NCBI GenBank assembly: GCA_024613925.1 | Contig: GCA_024613925.1_4713.1 | Source: a phage | DNA: 64,000 nt | Strand: one strand, 5' to 3' | Shown: piece after piece, positions 41,688 through 50,770 of the stretch | Layout: each line of letters begins with the position of its first letter | Numbering within the stretch: the stretch's first letter is position 1 | Notes under the pieces: model-generated | The model's database searches: none | The model's input: the letters and a program-made list of their open reading frames with translations, nothing else | Told to the model about the DNA's origin: nothing | Position numbers and translations under genes: made by a program

Positions 41688-42221
41688 TTATCTGACGACT
41701 GCGGTGATTTTGCCATCCATGCCGTCGTAATATGCTGTTAACTTACCAGTAAACAACTCTTCTAAAAGATGATTTACATCACTAACAAAGTTAGGATTGC
41801 CCGCTTTTACAAACTCGATATGACGCGTTTGTTTTACATCACGATCGATTAAACGGATTTCCAACAACGCACAAATAAGGCTATCGTTAAGTTTGCCATT
41901 CAAATCCAACGCTTTCCCATACGTCGTAGCACGGACGTCTGCATACATACGGTCAACATCATCCTTCCCAAAACCACAGGAATAGGCATACGTTGCGATG
42001 GTGTTACCATTGTCCATCACATAAACGTTACCACCTGGGTAATCGATAAATCGTTGATCCTTATCACCATGAGCGACGAACTCCAGTGTCGGTCTACCCA
42101 TCGAATCACGGTTGAATTCAATTGTGGTCAAGCGATCTGGTACCACATGCAACGTAAACGGTTTCGCATTGTTACGATCACTGGTATCGCAGTTGCCCAT
42201 TACTTTTACAATAACACTCAT
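41688..42221 (-). CDS. hypothetical protein, paralog of 41053..41601
   Basis: 177-aa ORF; shared motifs with neighbour. Confidence 0.5.
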   Translation of the reverse strand: MSVIVKVMGNCDTSDRNNAKPFTLHVVPDRLTTIEFNRDSMGRPTLEFVAHGDKDQRFIDYPGGNVYVMDNGNTIATYAYSCGFGKDDVDRMYADVRATTYGKALDLNGKLNDSLICALLEIRLIDRDVKQTRHIEFVKAGNPNFVSDVNHLLEELFTGKLTAYYDGMDGKITAVVR

Positions 42222-42330
42222 GTTTTATTCCTTAGTAGTCCTAGTAGTAGTATTGAGGAATTTCACCTCATTAGATAGTCTAATTTAGTAATGTTTTACT
42301 GAGCTATTGTTAACCCCAATACGAGCATAA

Positions 42331-42362
42331 CCCTCCTCCAACCCAACAGGGAAGGAGGAGGG
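42331..42362 (-). terminator. GC-rich hairpin ccctcctcc...ggaggaggg with inner ccc/ggg; followed on minus strand by TTATGCTCG
   Basis: 9-bp stem. Confidence 0.55.
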
Positions 42363-42371
42363 AATATGCTG

Positions 42372-42686
42372 TTATTCTGTTTTCGGTGTTGAACCGTTCT
42401 TCTTGAAGTCGGATTCGTATTTCACGTTAGAATCGAGAACCTCACGAACGGTTTTATCTGTACAACCACGAGCGATGTACGCATTAAGATCGTCGCGTAA
42501 TTTACGCATCGTTGTTTTATTAGCATCAGAAATATCTGACTTGGTAAGACGGAATGCAATTGCATCACGAACTTTATTCAGCGTTGCTGGGTTATTACGC
42601 TGTTCTGCAAATACCGCTTTGATGAATGTACCGCTATCTTTCGAAGCGATGGCTGCATCAAGAATTTCAATATGCTTTTCAGACAT
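42372..42686 (-). CDS. hypothetical protein
   Basis: 104-aa ORF. Confidence 0.5.
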   Translation of the reverse strand: MSEKHIEILDAAIASKDSGTFIKAVFAEQRNNPATLNKVRDAIAFRLTKSDISDANKTTMRKLRDDLNAYIARGCTDKTVREVLDSNVKYESDFKKNGSTPKTE

Positions 42687-42737
42687 CTTCTTTCCTTTAA
42701 TAAACGATCATCGTCATATTCATTGCGCAGGGTGCTA

Positions 42738-44063
42738 TCACTTCAGTAGCTTAGACGTCGCCATGCTTCGCGCTAACGCAACGTCATACGCATCCATGAT
42801 TGCGTCACCGATAGCGGTATGACGGATCAGCGGAATACCCATGTCTGGATACTCTTTGGTGCCTAAGATGGATACCGGTTTGTCTTGATACGCAGCAATC
42901 ATCGAACGAATATCCTGAACCTGGTTATAACGACAAACTGGCTTAAAGCCCGCTTTACGGAACCAATGCTCTAATTGAGGCCAATCTGTTTCACCGCGAG
43001 CAAGATAATAGAAGGTATCTTTACCGTAGTATTCGGTCATTTTGTCACGAATACTGTTGACGAACGCATTTACTTCGGCGATGGCTTCTTTATAACCCAT
43101 TGCCTTACAATGTTGAAAACAATAGTCGCGCGCTTCCTTTGGTGCTTTGGTTTGCCACCATTCTACTGTTGATTCACTGATACGACCACCGTCAGCGATT
43201 TGACCATGAACGTCAGGGAAGATATCTATACGCGGACCGTTAACAATGGATTCTGGATTAGCCAGATCGAAGAACACGATACCGATTTCCAGCAATACTC
43301 CATTCTTTTCCAGACTAAGGTTTTCAACATCTAAACAAAATGCAGGCTTCTCTACCGCTAACGGCTCGAACGAATGGTTGCTGGTATCCGATTCGGTTTT
43401 AAGTTCGACGACAACCGGATCGGTATCCGTAGGTTTCAGTTCTACTACAGCATCATCGAGTCCCGATAATGAAAAATAGTCTTCGAAGAAATCGGGTATC
43501 GTCATACCATGCAAATTGATATCGCAATCTTCCAACCATTGCTTCAACTGGTGCTCACCGGCATGAATCGCTAAACGGCATGGTCCGGAACGATCATCTA
43601 GCGCTGCATCGATCCAGAAGAAAGCACGTATAAGTAAGTAAGGATTATACTCCGCGATGATTTCTTGGCTAGCCGAGAAATCGTACACCATTAGTTGTAT
43701 TATTCCCTTACGTGTGTTATACGGATCAACTTTCAATCGACGCACTATTTCTTCTACGAATTCCAGCGCACGCGTGTACGATGTGGACCCACCTTGTTCA
43801 TACGAACATATACCCGTCAAAAGTTCCTTATAGGACGCATATGGAACCATAGGCGATAATTTGTACGACAGTTCAGTATTGTAATTATCGCATAATTTCT
43901 TCGGGGCGATAGCATCCTGTATCGCTGTAATAAACGCCGGTCCATCAATATCAAACAACCATCCTTGACGCCGGTATGCAGTGTATCGTAATAACGCACC
44001 GATAACTGCCTGGGGCGGTGTATATTCTTTCCCGTTAATTTCAAACAGTAGTTTGCTCATCAT
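42738..44063 (-). CDS. protein with C-terminal DEDDh-type 3'-5' exonuclease domain and unknown N-terminal domain
   Basis: FCLDVENLS (Exo I D-x-E) and HTAIGDAIMDA (Exo III H-x-A-x-x-D-A). Confidence 0.5.
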   Translation of the reverse strand: MMSKLLFEINGKEYTPPQAVIGALLRYTAYRRQGWLFDIDGPAFITAIQDAIAPKKLCDNYNTELSYKLSPMVPYASYKELLTGICSYEQGGSTSYTRALEFVEEIVRRLKVDPYNTRKGIIQLMVYDFSASQEIIAEYNPYLLIRAFFWIDAALDDRSGPCRLAIHAGEHQLKQWLEDCDINLHGMTIPDFFEDYFSLSGLDDAVVELKPTDTDPVVVELKTESDTSNHSFEPLAVEKPAFCLDVENLSLEKNGVLLEIGIVFFDLANPESIVNGPRIDIFPDVHGQIADGGRISESTVEWWQTKAPKEARDYCFQHCKAMGYKEAIAEVNAFVNSIRDKMTEYYGKDTFYYLARGETDWPQLEHWFRKAGFKPVCRYNQVQDIRSMIAAYQDKPVSILGTKEYPDMGIPLIRHTAIGDAIMDAYDVALARSMATSKLLK

Positions 44064-44075
44064 AACACCTTTTCA

Positions 44076-44411
44076 TTATTCTGGTTTATCTGTTGTCAGG
44101 CCGAGTCCAGCCAATATCACGTAGTCGTACCAAGCTTTTACTTTTGCTTTCGCTTCATCTAAACTATCAGCGTTGATGTGCGGAAACTCCTCGTTGATTG
44201 GGAAAGGTAAATCGCAGTCGTAGCTGGTATAATCCTTCCAGCCTTTCCATTCGATAGTTAGAGAACCAAAAACGGTCTCAGCGACAACATGGTTATAGCG
44301 ACAGTTTTCACATGGCGCGCGCTCTTCCGACCAAACAAGCTCATGCTGCGCTAAAAGTTGTTGTACGACCGATAATGGCTGCTCTTCATTAAGTTCGATA
44401 CTGTCTATCAT
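44076..44411 (-). CDS. hypothetical protein
   Basis: 111-aa ORF. Confidence 0.45.
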   Translation of the reverse strand: MIDSIELNEEQPLSVVQQLLAQHELVWSEERAPCENCRYNHVVAETVFGSLTIEWKGWKDYTSYDCDLPFPINEEFPHINADSLDEAKAKVKAWYDYVILAGLGLTTDKPE

Positions 44412-45004
44412 CGCATACCCTCCTTTTCCTTATCGTAATCGCTGCAAATATTGACAAACGCCGTATTATCAGACAGCCTGCTGACCATCTGACGTATTGC
44501 GGCCAATGGTTCAAGTTTAGGATTGATTGATTCACCGGTCAACGCGCTTATTGCTCGTGTGATCTCAACCAAATTAACGTTCGGGTCTTTGTCATCAATA
44601 ATGAGCAGATTCTTCGCTGGTTTCTGACGACGTTTGATGATCAACAAATACGTGATGAGGTTCTCACGCCAAGCATCAGAATCCAGATTACGTATTACGG
44701 TTAACGCGCGACGTTCTTCCGCCCATGATGGTTTCTCACGGATAACGGGCATGTAAGATAATTGCTCAGCAAGCCCTTTCAAACTGACACGGTTGGTGCC
44801 ACCAGGATGCTCACTAATCCGCAACATCTCGGTTAACAAACGGACGTAGGCGGCCGTTGTCGAAACACCCCGCAGCGGCAGGAACAAATTATGTCCTGGA
44901 ACCCCATCATGACTCAGCGGTGCGATATATGCCATGAATCGCCGAATATCATCGTCGGTCTGTTCTCCAGCAACGAACTTAAACGCTTCACGTAAAACGC
45001 TCAC
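44408..45004 (-). CDS. hypothetical protein
   Basis: 198-aa ORF. Confidence 0.5.
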   Translation of the reverse strand: MSVLREAFKFVAGEQTDDDIRRFMAYIAPLSHDGVPGHNLFLPLRGVSTTAAYVRLLTEMLRISEHPGGTNRVSLKGLAEQLSYMPVIREKPSWAEERRALTVIRNLDSDAWRENLITYLLIIKRRQKPAKNLLIIDDKDPNVNLVEITRAISALTGESINPKLEPLAAIRQMVSRLSDNTAFVNICSDYDKEKEGMR

Positions 45005-45290
45005 TATGACGTCTCCTTAATGTTTCTTGTATATGCAGTCTCTCCGGCAGGTACAGACGTTTGTACAGATCAACTAACAGATAACGCATAACGGAAGCAA
45101 CCACCAGGTATTCGCCTTCAGCTTCCGAATAACGTATCATGTTAATCGGGTAGTTCAAATAAGAATAAGAAAAGAGATCATCGTTGGTGAGGCGATGATC
45201 TTCAAGATACTGACGAAACAATTTTGCTAAGGCATCGTACTCCATTCCGTAGTAACACAACGACACCTGTCTTGCAGATAGTCGTTTCAT
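44988..45290 (-). CDS. hypothetical protein
   Basis: 100-aa ORF. Confidence 0.45.
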   Translation of the reverse strand: MKRLSARQVSLCYYGMEYDALAKLFRQYLEDHRLTNDDLFSYSYLNYPINMIRYSEAEGEYLVVASVMRYLLVDLYKRLYLPERLHIQETLRRRHSERFT

Positions 45291-46129
45291 GCTGGGTTAC
45301 CTTTTAGTTTTCCACGTACCATGTCGACAACGCGTGAGGGATCAGAAATAACAGTGGCGATAAGATGATCGATAGGTAAGTCGAGAATGATATTCTTCAG
45401 CTGGAAAGCCGTATCTTTACGACGCACGCCGTAGAACACGCCATCTTTAAACACAACCTCGTACGAAATGGGGAGCTGGCTAATAACCGTGTTAGCGTAA
45501 TCACCCAACCACATCGACCCCGCCATCAGATGCGCACAAACCGCATGACTAATACGCACATCTTTGTTCTTCCGGCTAACGTCTTTGGTTTTCGACATGG
45601 TGACCAGAAGCTCACCGATCTTACTCAGCATATCGTCGTATACCCCAAAGAACTTAATCAGTTGTCGGGCACCTAACGATATATATGTTTCTCGCGGTAA
45701 GACACAACACACCTGCGGTAACGTTCCAACCCCATAGACACAACTGTGTGGTGATAATGGGAGCAAATCAGCAACCGCGTTCTTGATGTTGTTATACTCA
45801 ACGATGTCGTTGAACGGTGAAAGACCTTTCGTAATCGGTTTATCGATCGCCACATCGAACTCCGCGAACGTCCATGCTGCTTTACGGGGTTTCCCTTTCT
45901 GGTACGGTGGAGCCAGTACCGCGACAACACGAAGTCGATGTTCATGGGTATCACGTAGCTTAAGTTGGATACCCTCATCGCCACCCTCACGCACAAGCGA
46001 GTAGCGGCTTGCGCAGTCATCACATACCACCGTTGGTTCGTGTTGACCGTATGCTGCAAGCATCGGTTTACTAAGATCTTTATCACAGTGTTTACAGCGA
46101 TGATCCTGTTCCTGATAACTGATTTTCAC
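45287..46129 (-). CDS. hypothetical protein with N-terminal zinc ribbon
   Basis: CKHCDK...CDDC. Confidence 0.5.
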   Translation of the reverse strand: MKISYQEQDHRCKHCDKDLSKPMLAAYGQHEPTVVCDDCASRYSLVREGGDEGIQLKLRDTHEHRLRVVAVLAPPYQKGKPRKAAWTFAEFDVAIDKPITKGLSPFNDIVEYNNIKNAVADLLPLSPHSCVYGVGTLPQVCCVLPRETYISLGARQLIKFFGVYDDMLSKIGELLVTMSKTKDVSRKNKDVRISHAVCAHLMAGSMWLGDYANTVISQLPISYEVVFKDGVFYGVRRKDTAFQLKNIILDLPIDHLIATVISDPSRVVDMVRGKLKGNPA

Positions 46130-46144
46130 ACCGAGACCCCTTTG

Positions 46145-47101
46145 TTAATGCAAGACACGATCTGCCGGAATTATCGAGGCATTGCTGTCGGACAGATTCG
46201 TCGCTTTACGATCAGGACTGAATCGACGCGCATTCTCTTCATGGTGGTTGACAGGGTTATCCTGTTTTAACAGTTCCATTGCCTCATCAAACGTTAGTTC
46301 CCGAAATCCTCTTGGATAGAGGAACAGGGGTTCATCAACATCCAACCCTTTAACAAACCCGTGCGACAACCAGACGCTACCATCAGCACTGTAAAGAACC
46401 GGCTCAACGTCATAATCCAAGACGTATTGATACCAATAATTAAACAGTTGAGCAATCCACCGATTACGTAATAAGTAATCGATCACAACCGCACTACGCA
46501 CGCTGTGACACCAGCCCATCTTACCATCGACTTTCTGCAACAACGTACCCTCATTTGCTTGATGAATAACCGCATTAAATAACCACGCAAGATCGGTTGC
46601 GAAAAGTGCGGCTTCTTGAATATCGCTAATGTAACGCACGGGTATCGTCAGATGCGTGCGGTAATGCGACATCGCCTCTTCGTAGTTGTCTCCTTCGATG
46701 CAGAGAGTCCCGTTTGGTGACAGATGCCCTTGATTCAACGACTGACCAATATAAAGATCGGCGATCGCGTTAATATGTTCGACGGTGCCCAAGGTTAACT
46801 CGGACATAAAACAATCGACATCAACAGCCATCGATGTACTGGAAACAAACGGATTGGCTGGGCGAGTTGTATTAGAGAAAATAATCGACCAAATCGCTTC
46901 ATGCTTTTCATCCGATGGCAAAAACGAAATATGGCGTTCTGCGCTGTTATCGACAACAAATACCTTTACGGTTTTCAAGCAGTTAGTACAAACGTAGCAC
47001 GTGTTCGGCAACGGCATATCCGAAAACATATCGTAACGAATCGATGCCAGCGAAATGTCATGTCCGCAATGAGGGCATGTCGTATCAATAAGCGTTTTCA
47101 T
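46145..47101 (-). CDS. hypothetical protein with N-terminal zinc ribbon
   Basis: CPHCGH...CYVCTNC. Confidence 0.5.
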   Translation of the reverse strand: MKTLIDTTCPHCGHDISLASIRYDMFSDMPLPNTCYVCTNCLKTVKVFVVDNSAERHISFLPSDEKHEAIWSIIFSNTTRPANPFVSSTSMAVDVDCFMSELTLGTVEHINAIADLYIGQSLNQGHLSPNGTLCIEGDNYEEAMSHYRTHLTIPVRYISDIQEAALFATDLAWLFNAVIHQANEGTLLQKVDGKMGWCHSVRSAVVIDYLLRNRWIAQLFNYWYQYVLDYDVEPVLYSADGSVWLSHGFVKGLDVDEPLFLYPRGFRELTFDEAMELLKQDNPVNHHEENARRFSPDRKATNLSDSNASIIPADRVLH

Positions 47102-47331
47102 TATTGAATTCCTTTTGATAAGAATAACTGAATATCGGTAAACTGTTCTTCAGGAACATCGTCAGCAGCCGTTAGAACCTTATGGCCGTGTTCATTGAGG
47201 TAAGCTTCCCGTAGACAACGATGACGTCGATTGGCTTCCTGGAACTCAGTGTCCGTCATGTAAACCAGCGTAAACTTCGAACGTTTATTCGGATTATATC
47301 TCTTATTACGTTTCTTTGGTTTCTTCGCCAT
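47101..47331 (-). CDS. small basic protein
   Basis: Start placed at MAKKPKKRNKRY (SD GAGG); hairpin 47343-47372 lies in longer extension. Confidence 0.4.
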   Translation of the reverse strand: MAKKPKKRNKRYNPNKRSKFTLVYMTDTEFQEANRRHRCLREAYLNEHGHKVLTAADDVPEEQFTDIQLFLSKGIQ

Positions 47332-47342
47332 AATAGCCTCGT

Positions 47343-47372
47343 GAAGGTGGATGGGCACACCCATCCACCTTC
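47343..47372 (-). terminator. hairpin with 13-bp perfect stem gaaggtggatggg caca cccatccaccttc
   Basis: Read from sequence. Confidence 0.6.
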
Positions 47373-47379
47373 CTCCATG

Positions 47380-47901
47380 TTAAAGTGCGTTCATTTCTTC
47401 AGGTGTGCGTACAGTACGCGTGTTGGGATCAACCATTGCTGGCACGCCCGCTGGGCATTTACGGACATCGATTCGCATCTCCGGTTCGATCGGACGAACG
47501 CGATACGTTTTGCCGTCATCGGTTAACACCGAAATGGTCAACGCCTGATTCAATTCACTAACGAAGTTCACCAAACGTTGTTGTCCGCCCTTCGACCAGA
47601 AGTTAAGATCGGTTTCTCCATTGAAATAACTGATTCCATCAGCGGTTCCAATCGTGATTTTAACGATACCTGGATAGTCACGAAGAAGAGGTGCCTGATA
47701 ACCTTCATCTTCCGTATCCAGTTTTACCCACGCGCCTCCCGTAGACAAGCAGTTAACTTCCAGGGCGGTTGGTGCACTGACTTCTGCTGATGACCAGGTA
47801 TACATCGTGCCTAGTTTAGCGTGCCCAGTTTCCAGTTCGCTATAATCCCAAGCATGTGCTGAAGCCGTAATAAACAAAGTCGCAAGAAACAACTTTTTCA
47901 T
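47380..47901 (-). CDS. secreted protein (signal peptide)
   Basis: MKKLFLATLFITASAHA. Confidence 0.5.
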   Translation of the reverse strand: MKKLFLATLFITASAHAWDYSELETGHAKLGTMYTWSSAEVSAPTALEVNCLSTGGAWVKLDTEDEGYQAPLLRDYPGIVKITIGTADGISYFNGETDLNFWSKGGQQRLVNFVSELNQALTISVLTDDGKTYRVRPIEPEMRIDVRKCPAGVPAMVDPNTRTVRTPEEMNAL

Positions 47902-47955
47902 TCTTTCGATTCCTATTAAAAGTGACCGATTTCTGTGGTCGAGATTGCTAATAAA

Positions 47956-48417
47956 TTAATTCCGGTTTTGTTTCCGTATTGCACGGTTACGTTTACGTTC
48001 TTGGTCTTTGATGACACCAAGAAACTTCTTTAATTCTGACGGTTCGAGTGTACCCTCACGTACCACACCGTTTTGTTCGATATGGTACGACCAATAACCA
48101 ACTTCAGCCGTTAAGGATAACGTTGTCGGTTGCTCATCGGGTAACGATCGGGGTGAGAAAATAAAGAGTAATTCAAAAGGCATTTCTCGGCTGATGGTGG
48201 GACGGATACTAACGTCAAGCCCCTCCCATCGCTGAGGTTTAAATATTCCTCCGGCGGCGATGATTGTCTCCGAGCGCTGGTCTACAAGCTCAGCTAATTC
48301 ACGATCATCATTGAAATAAATATCGTGAAGGATATCCGTATCGATAAAAAACCCGCGATCCGAATCGTGACGAACAATGGAATTCTTCATTCTAACGCCT
48401 TTATTGTTTGTTTTCAT
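47956..48417 (-). CDS. hypothetical protein
   Basis: 153-aa ORF. Confidence 0.5.
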   Translation of the reverse strand: MKTNNKGVRMKNSIVRHDSDRGFFIDTDILHDIYFNDDRELAELVDQRSETIIAAGGIFKPQRWEGLDVSIRPTISREMPFELLFIFSPRSLPDEQPTTLSLTAEVGYWSYHIEQNGVVREGTLEPSELKKFLGVIKDQERKRNRAIRKQNRN

Positions 48418-48466
48418 GTCCTATACGAACATGAAAAACCGTTAATTTTTACCATAGCCGCGTGTG

Positions 48467-48742
48467 TTAAAAATCCACACCGCGACCCGTCATCGACGAA
48501 GGAACCGCGCGATAATAGAAGTAGATGTAATGGTCACGATGGCTAAAATAGTTTTTGCAAGCATAGAACTCTCCAGATCCAATGAATGATTTAATACGTG
48601 TAACTTGAGGGTGTCGTGTGAGTAACGCCTGTAGAACGATTTCCATTTGGTGTGCGCTCAAACCCGGTCGAGCTGCGACATGATAATGAAGCTCCTTAAG
48701 AAATCGCTTCCAGGGGTCAGGTTGTGTCGATGATCGAGACAT
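48467..48742 (-). CDS. hypothetical protein
   Basis: 91-aa ORF. Confidence 0.45.
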   Translation of the reverse strand: MSRSSTQPDPWKRFLKELHYHVAARPGLSAHQMEIVLQALLTRHPQVTRIKSFIGSGEFYACKNYFSHRDHYIYFYYRAVPSSMTGRGVDF

Positions 48743-48779
48743 CTTTATCTCCTTAACAGGTGCTGGTAACGCAGCATAA

Positions 48780-48799
48780 GCCCTCCCCGAAGGGAGGGC
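48780..48799 (-). terminator. GC-rich hairpin gccctccc cgaa gggagggc, followed on minus strand by TTATGCTG
   Basis: 8-bp stem. Confidence 0.55.
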
Positions 48800-48808
48800 G
48801 GTTAACGA

Positions 48809-49366
48809 TCACTCCATCCATACTTCTTCGTCGTAATGATTTTCTATCGCATTACGCCAAAAACGCACGGTGTCCAAACTAATCGGTGCGTAAAAGTGTT
48901 GGTCAACGCCTACGTTAAGTCCGTTGGCCTTCGCTAACATACAACGATGAATATGCCCGAATAGATTAAAGTAGCCTGGATTTCTTTCGCTGGGCTTATG
49001 GCATAGCCAGTAGGATTCGTCATTGCTAATCGGCAACACCAACGGGTGTTCATAAACAGCAGCAAACCCCATACCGAGCAGTTTATCACGCCACGCTTCG
49101 AAGCTTAATCCTGTCGCTTTGTATGCGTCTTCGTCCCAATTCCCCAATACCAATTGAACCTGGATATCAGAACGAATGGCTTCCACGAACTCGAACTTAC
49201 CCCAATCACCTAAATGCCACAACACACTGTTCTTTGGAAGCTTGTTGATGGCTTTCAGCATATGCTGGTTCATATCGGCGACGCTTGCGAACGGACGGCG
49301 TGAATACGTCCATGTACGCTCGCTATCAAAATGGGTATCCGACATAAAGAAGATGGGTGGGGTCAT
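48809..49366 (-). CDS. metallophosphoesterase (calcineurin-like phosphatase)
   Basis: SDTHFD, LGDWGK, GNWDE, FGHIH motifs. Confidence 0.7.
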   Translation of the reverse strand: MTPPIFFMSDTHFDSERTWTYSRRPFASVADMNQHMLKAINKLPKNSVLWHLGDWGKFEFVEAIRSDIQVQLVLGNWDEDAYKATGLSFEAWRDKLLGMGFAAVYEHPLVLPISNDESYWLCHKPSERNPGYFNLFGHIHRCMLAKANGLNVGVDQHFYAPISLDTVRFWRNAIENHYDEEVWME

Positions 49367-49845
49367 TGATCTAATTGCTCCAGAAACGCACGACCCGATT
49401 TACTTGCTTTTAAATGCTGTTCTGCGGAAGTAAGCAGAAGATCGGTTGGTGTGAATGCAGCGCTACCTTTCCACGCTGTTTTCAGTTTGCCCTTTTCGAT
49501 ACTGAACTGAATCAGTTGCTGGGTACCGAAGTTAAGCGTGTTCGTCGCGGCGCTAAATACACCACCCATCATGCTGTAACCAAAGACTTTCACGTTTTCC
49601 GTGTAGAAGTCATTGTCGATCAATTTGTTCTGGAGCTCGAGTTGGTCGGACGGCAGCAATCCCCCATCAAAGATGCTTAAAATACCAGCCAGGCGATACA
49701 TACTCACCTTTCCTGAAACACCCACCACGTAATTGCCGTACACGGTTTCTTCCAGTTTAGCAACAACGGTGCGATCGTCGGAGGTTTTCATCGAAACCTC
49801 AATACCATCACCAACTTCTGTTAATGTTAAATCAACGATACTCAT
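49363..49845 (-). CDS. hypothetical protein
   Basis: 160-aa ORF, 4-nt overlap. Confidence 0.5.
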   Translation of the reverse strand: MSIVDLTLTEVGDGIEVSMKTSDDRTVVAKLEETVYGNYVVGVSGKVSMYRLAGILSIFDGGLLPSDQLELQNKLIDNDFYTENVKVFGYSMMGGVFSAATNTLNFGTQQLIQFSIEKGKLKTAWKGSAAFTPTDLLLTSAEQHLKASKSGRAFLEQLDQ

Positions 49846-49867
49846 TCATTATTCTCCGCTTTCATGT

Positions 49868-50554
49868 TTAACACATGATTTCACCATGTTTCTTTTCAAC
49901 ATACGTATAAACGTCATCCAAATAAGCAATGAGTTTATCACGATCCGCACACAGCGATTTAATCACCGCAATCTCTTTCATATAAAGCTGCTGACCTAAC
50001 GCCGGATAGGTAATCCAAGCGTAGCCGTCAGGCGCAAATTTAGAAATAAGATAATCAGCGGTTTCCTGCAAGGCGAACTCTTTGCTCATCTGGCCGTAAC
50101 GGTGTTCGATTGCACGGATACCAAAACGTTCGCTATCAAGACGACCCATATCCGCCAGACGAAGCACCTGAGAAGCAACCGAGCTACGTGGACCAGAGTA
50201 CGAGGCGCGGTGTTCAGCAATAAGTACGCGTATCTCCTCGATGTCTTCCGGTGTGAAAATATGCTGCTCGTTACGAAGCAGGATAACCGATGCACGAATA
50301 CCCCCGATAAGGTGGTGGTATGTTCTGTTTTCGTGGCAAGCGATATCATGCATAAAAGCAGCGGTTAATAGACGACGACGTTCCGTAGGTCTGATGATCC
50401 CAACCACATCAGCAAGTTCATTTGCCAGTTCAACAACAGCAAGCACATGTTCTTCTTGATGGGCAAGATCGTTCTTCCGAATATTTTCAATTACTTCAGC
50501 GCGAGTTTCCTGAGATAAGAAATTTAAACAATCCAACGAATATAAAGATTTCAT
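49868..50554 (-). CDS. HD-domain phosphohydrolase
   Basis: EEH...AAFMHDIACH...D pattern. Confidence 0.5.
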   Translation of the reverse strand: MKSLYSLDCLNFLSQETRAEVIENIRKNDLAHQEEHVLAVVELANELADVVGIIRPTERRRLLTAAFMHDIACHENRTYHHLIGGIRASVILLRNEQHIFTPEDIEEIRVLIAEHRASYSGPRSSVASQVLRLADMGRLDSERFGIRAIEHRYGQMSKEFALQETADYLISKFAPDGYAWITYPALGQQLYMKEIAVIKSLCADRDKLIAYLDDVYTYVEKKHGEIMC

Positions 50555-50603
50555 CGCACGTACCTCTTTGAATCGGTAGATAGATTAATAGATATTGATT
50601 ACT

Positions 50604-50627
50604 CACGTAAGTAATATAGCCGTGAAA
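50604..50627 (-). promoter_or_regulatory. conserved 24-nt intergenic motif, copy 2 (minus-strand reading TTTCACGGCTATATTACTTACGTG), ~50 nt upstream of HD-domain gene start
   Basis: 23/24 identical to 23114-23137. Confidence 0.35.
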
Positions 50628-50706
50628 GGATTTGTGTTGGTCCGTTTCGATGCCTATCGTATTTTATGGATTGTCGAATGACGTCATTTTAAGGGACATC
50701 CCCGGC

Positions 50707-50740
50707 CTCCTCCCCAGGAAAGGTGTGGGGAGGAGTTTTT
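50707..50740 (+). promoter_or_regulatory. GC-rich hairpin ctcctcccca...tggggaggag followed by TTTTT, in divergent intergenic region upstream of helicase gene
   Basis: 10-bp stem plus T5 on plus strand; no plus-strand gene upstream within window. Confidence 0.4.
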
Positions 50741-50770
50741 ATCATACATTCTATTAAATCGAGCGCGATT

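Noticed and set aside
42222-42300. tagtag-rich stretch (agtagtcctagtagtagta) upstream of ORF 41688..42221 as a tandem repeat or promoter
   Set aside because: Low-complexity trinucleotide repetition of only 3-4 units without a second copy elsewhere in the window; insufficient evidence for function.
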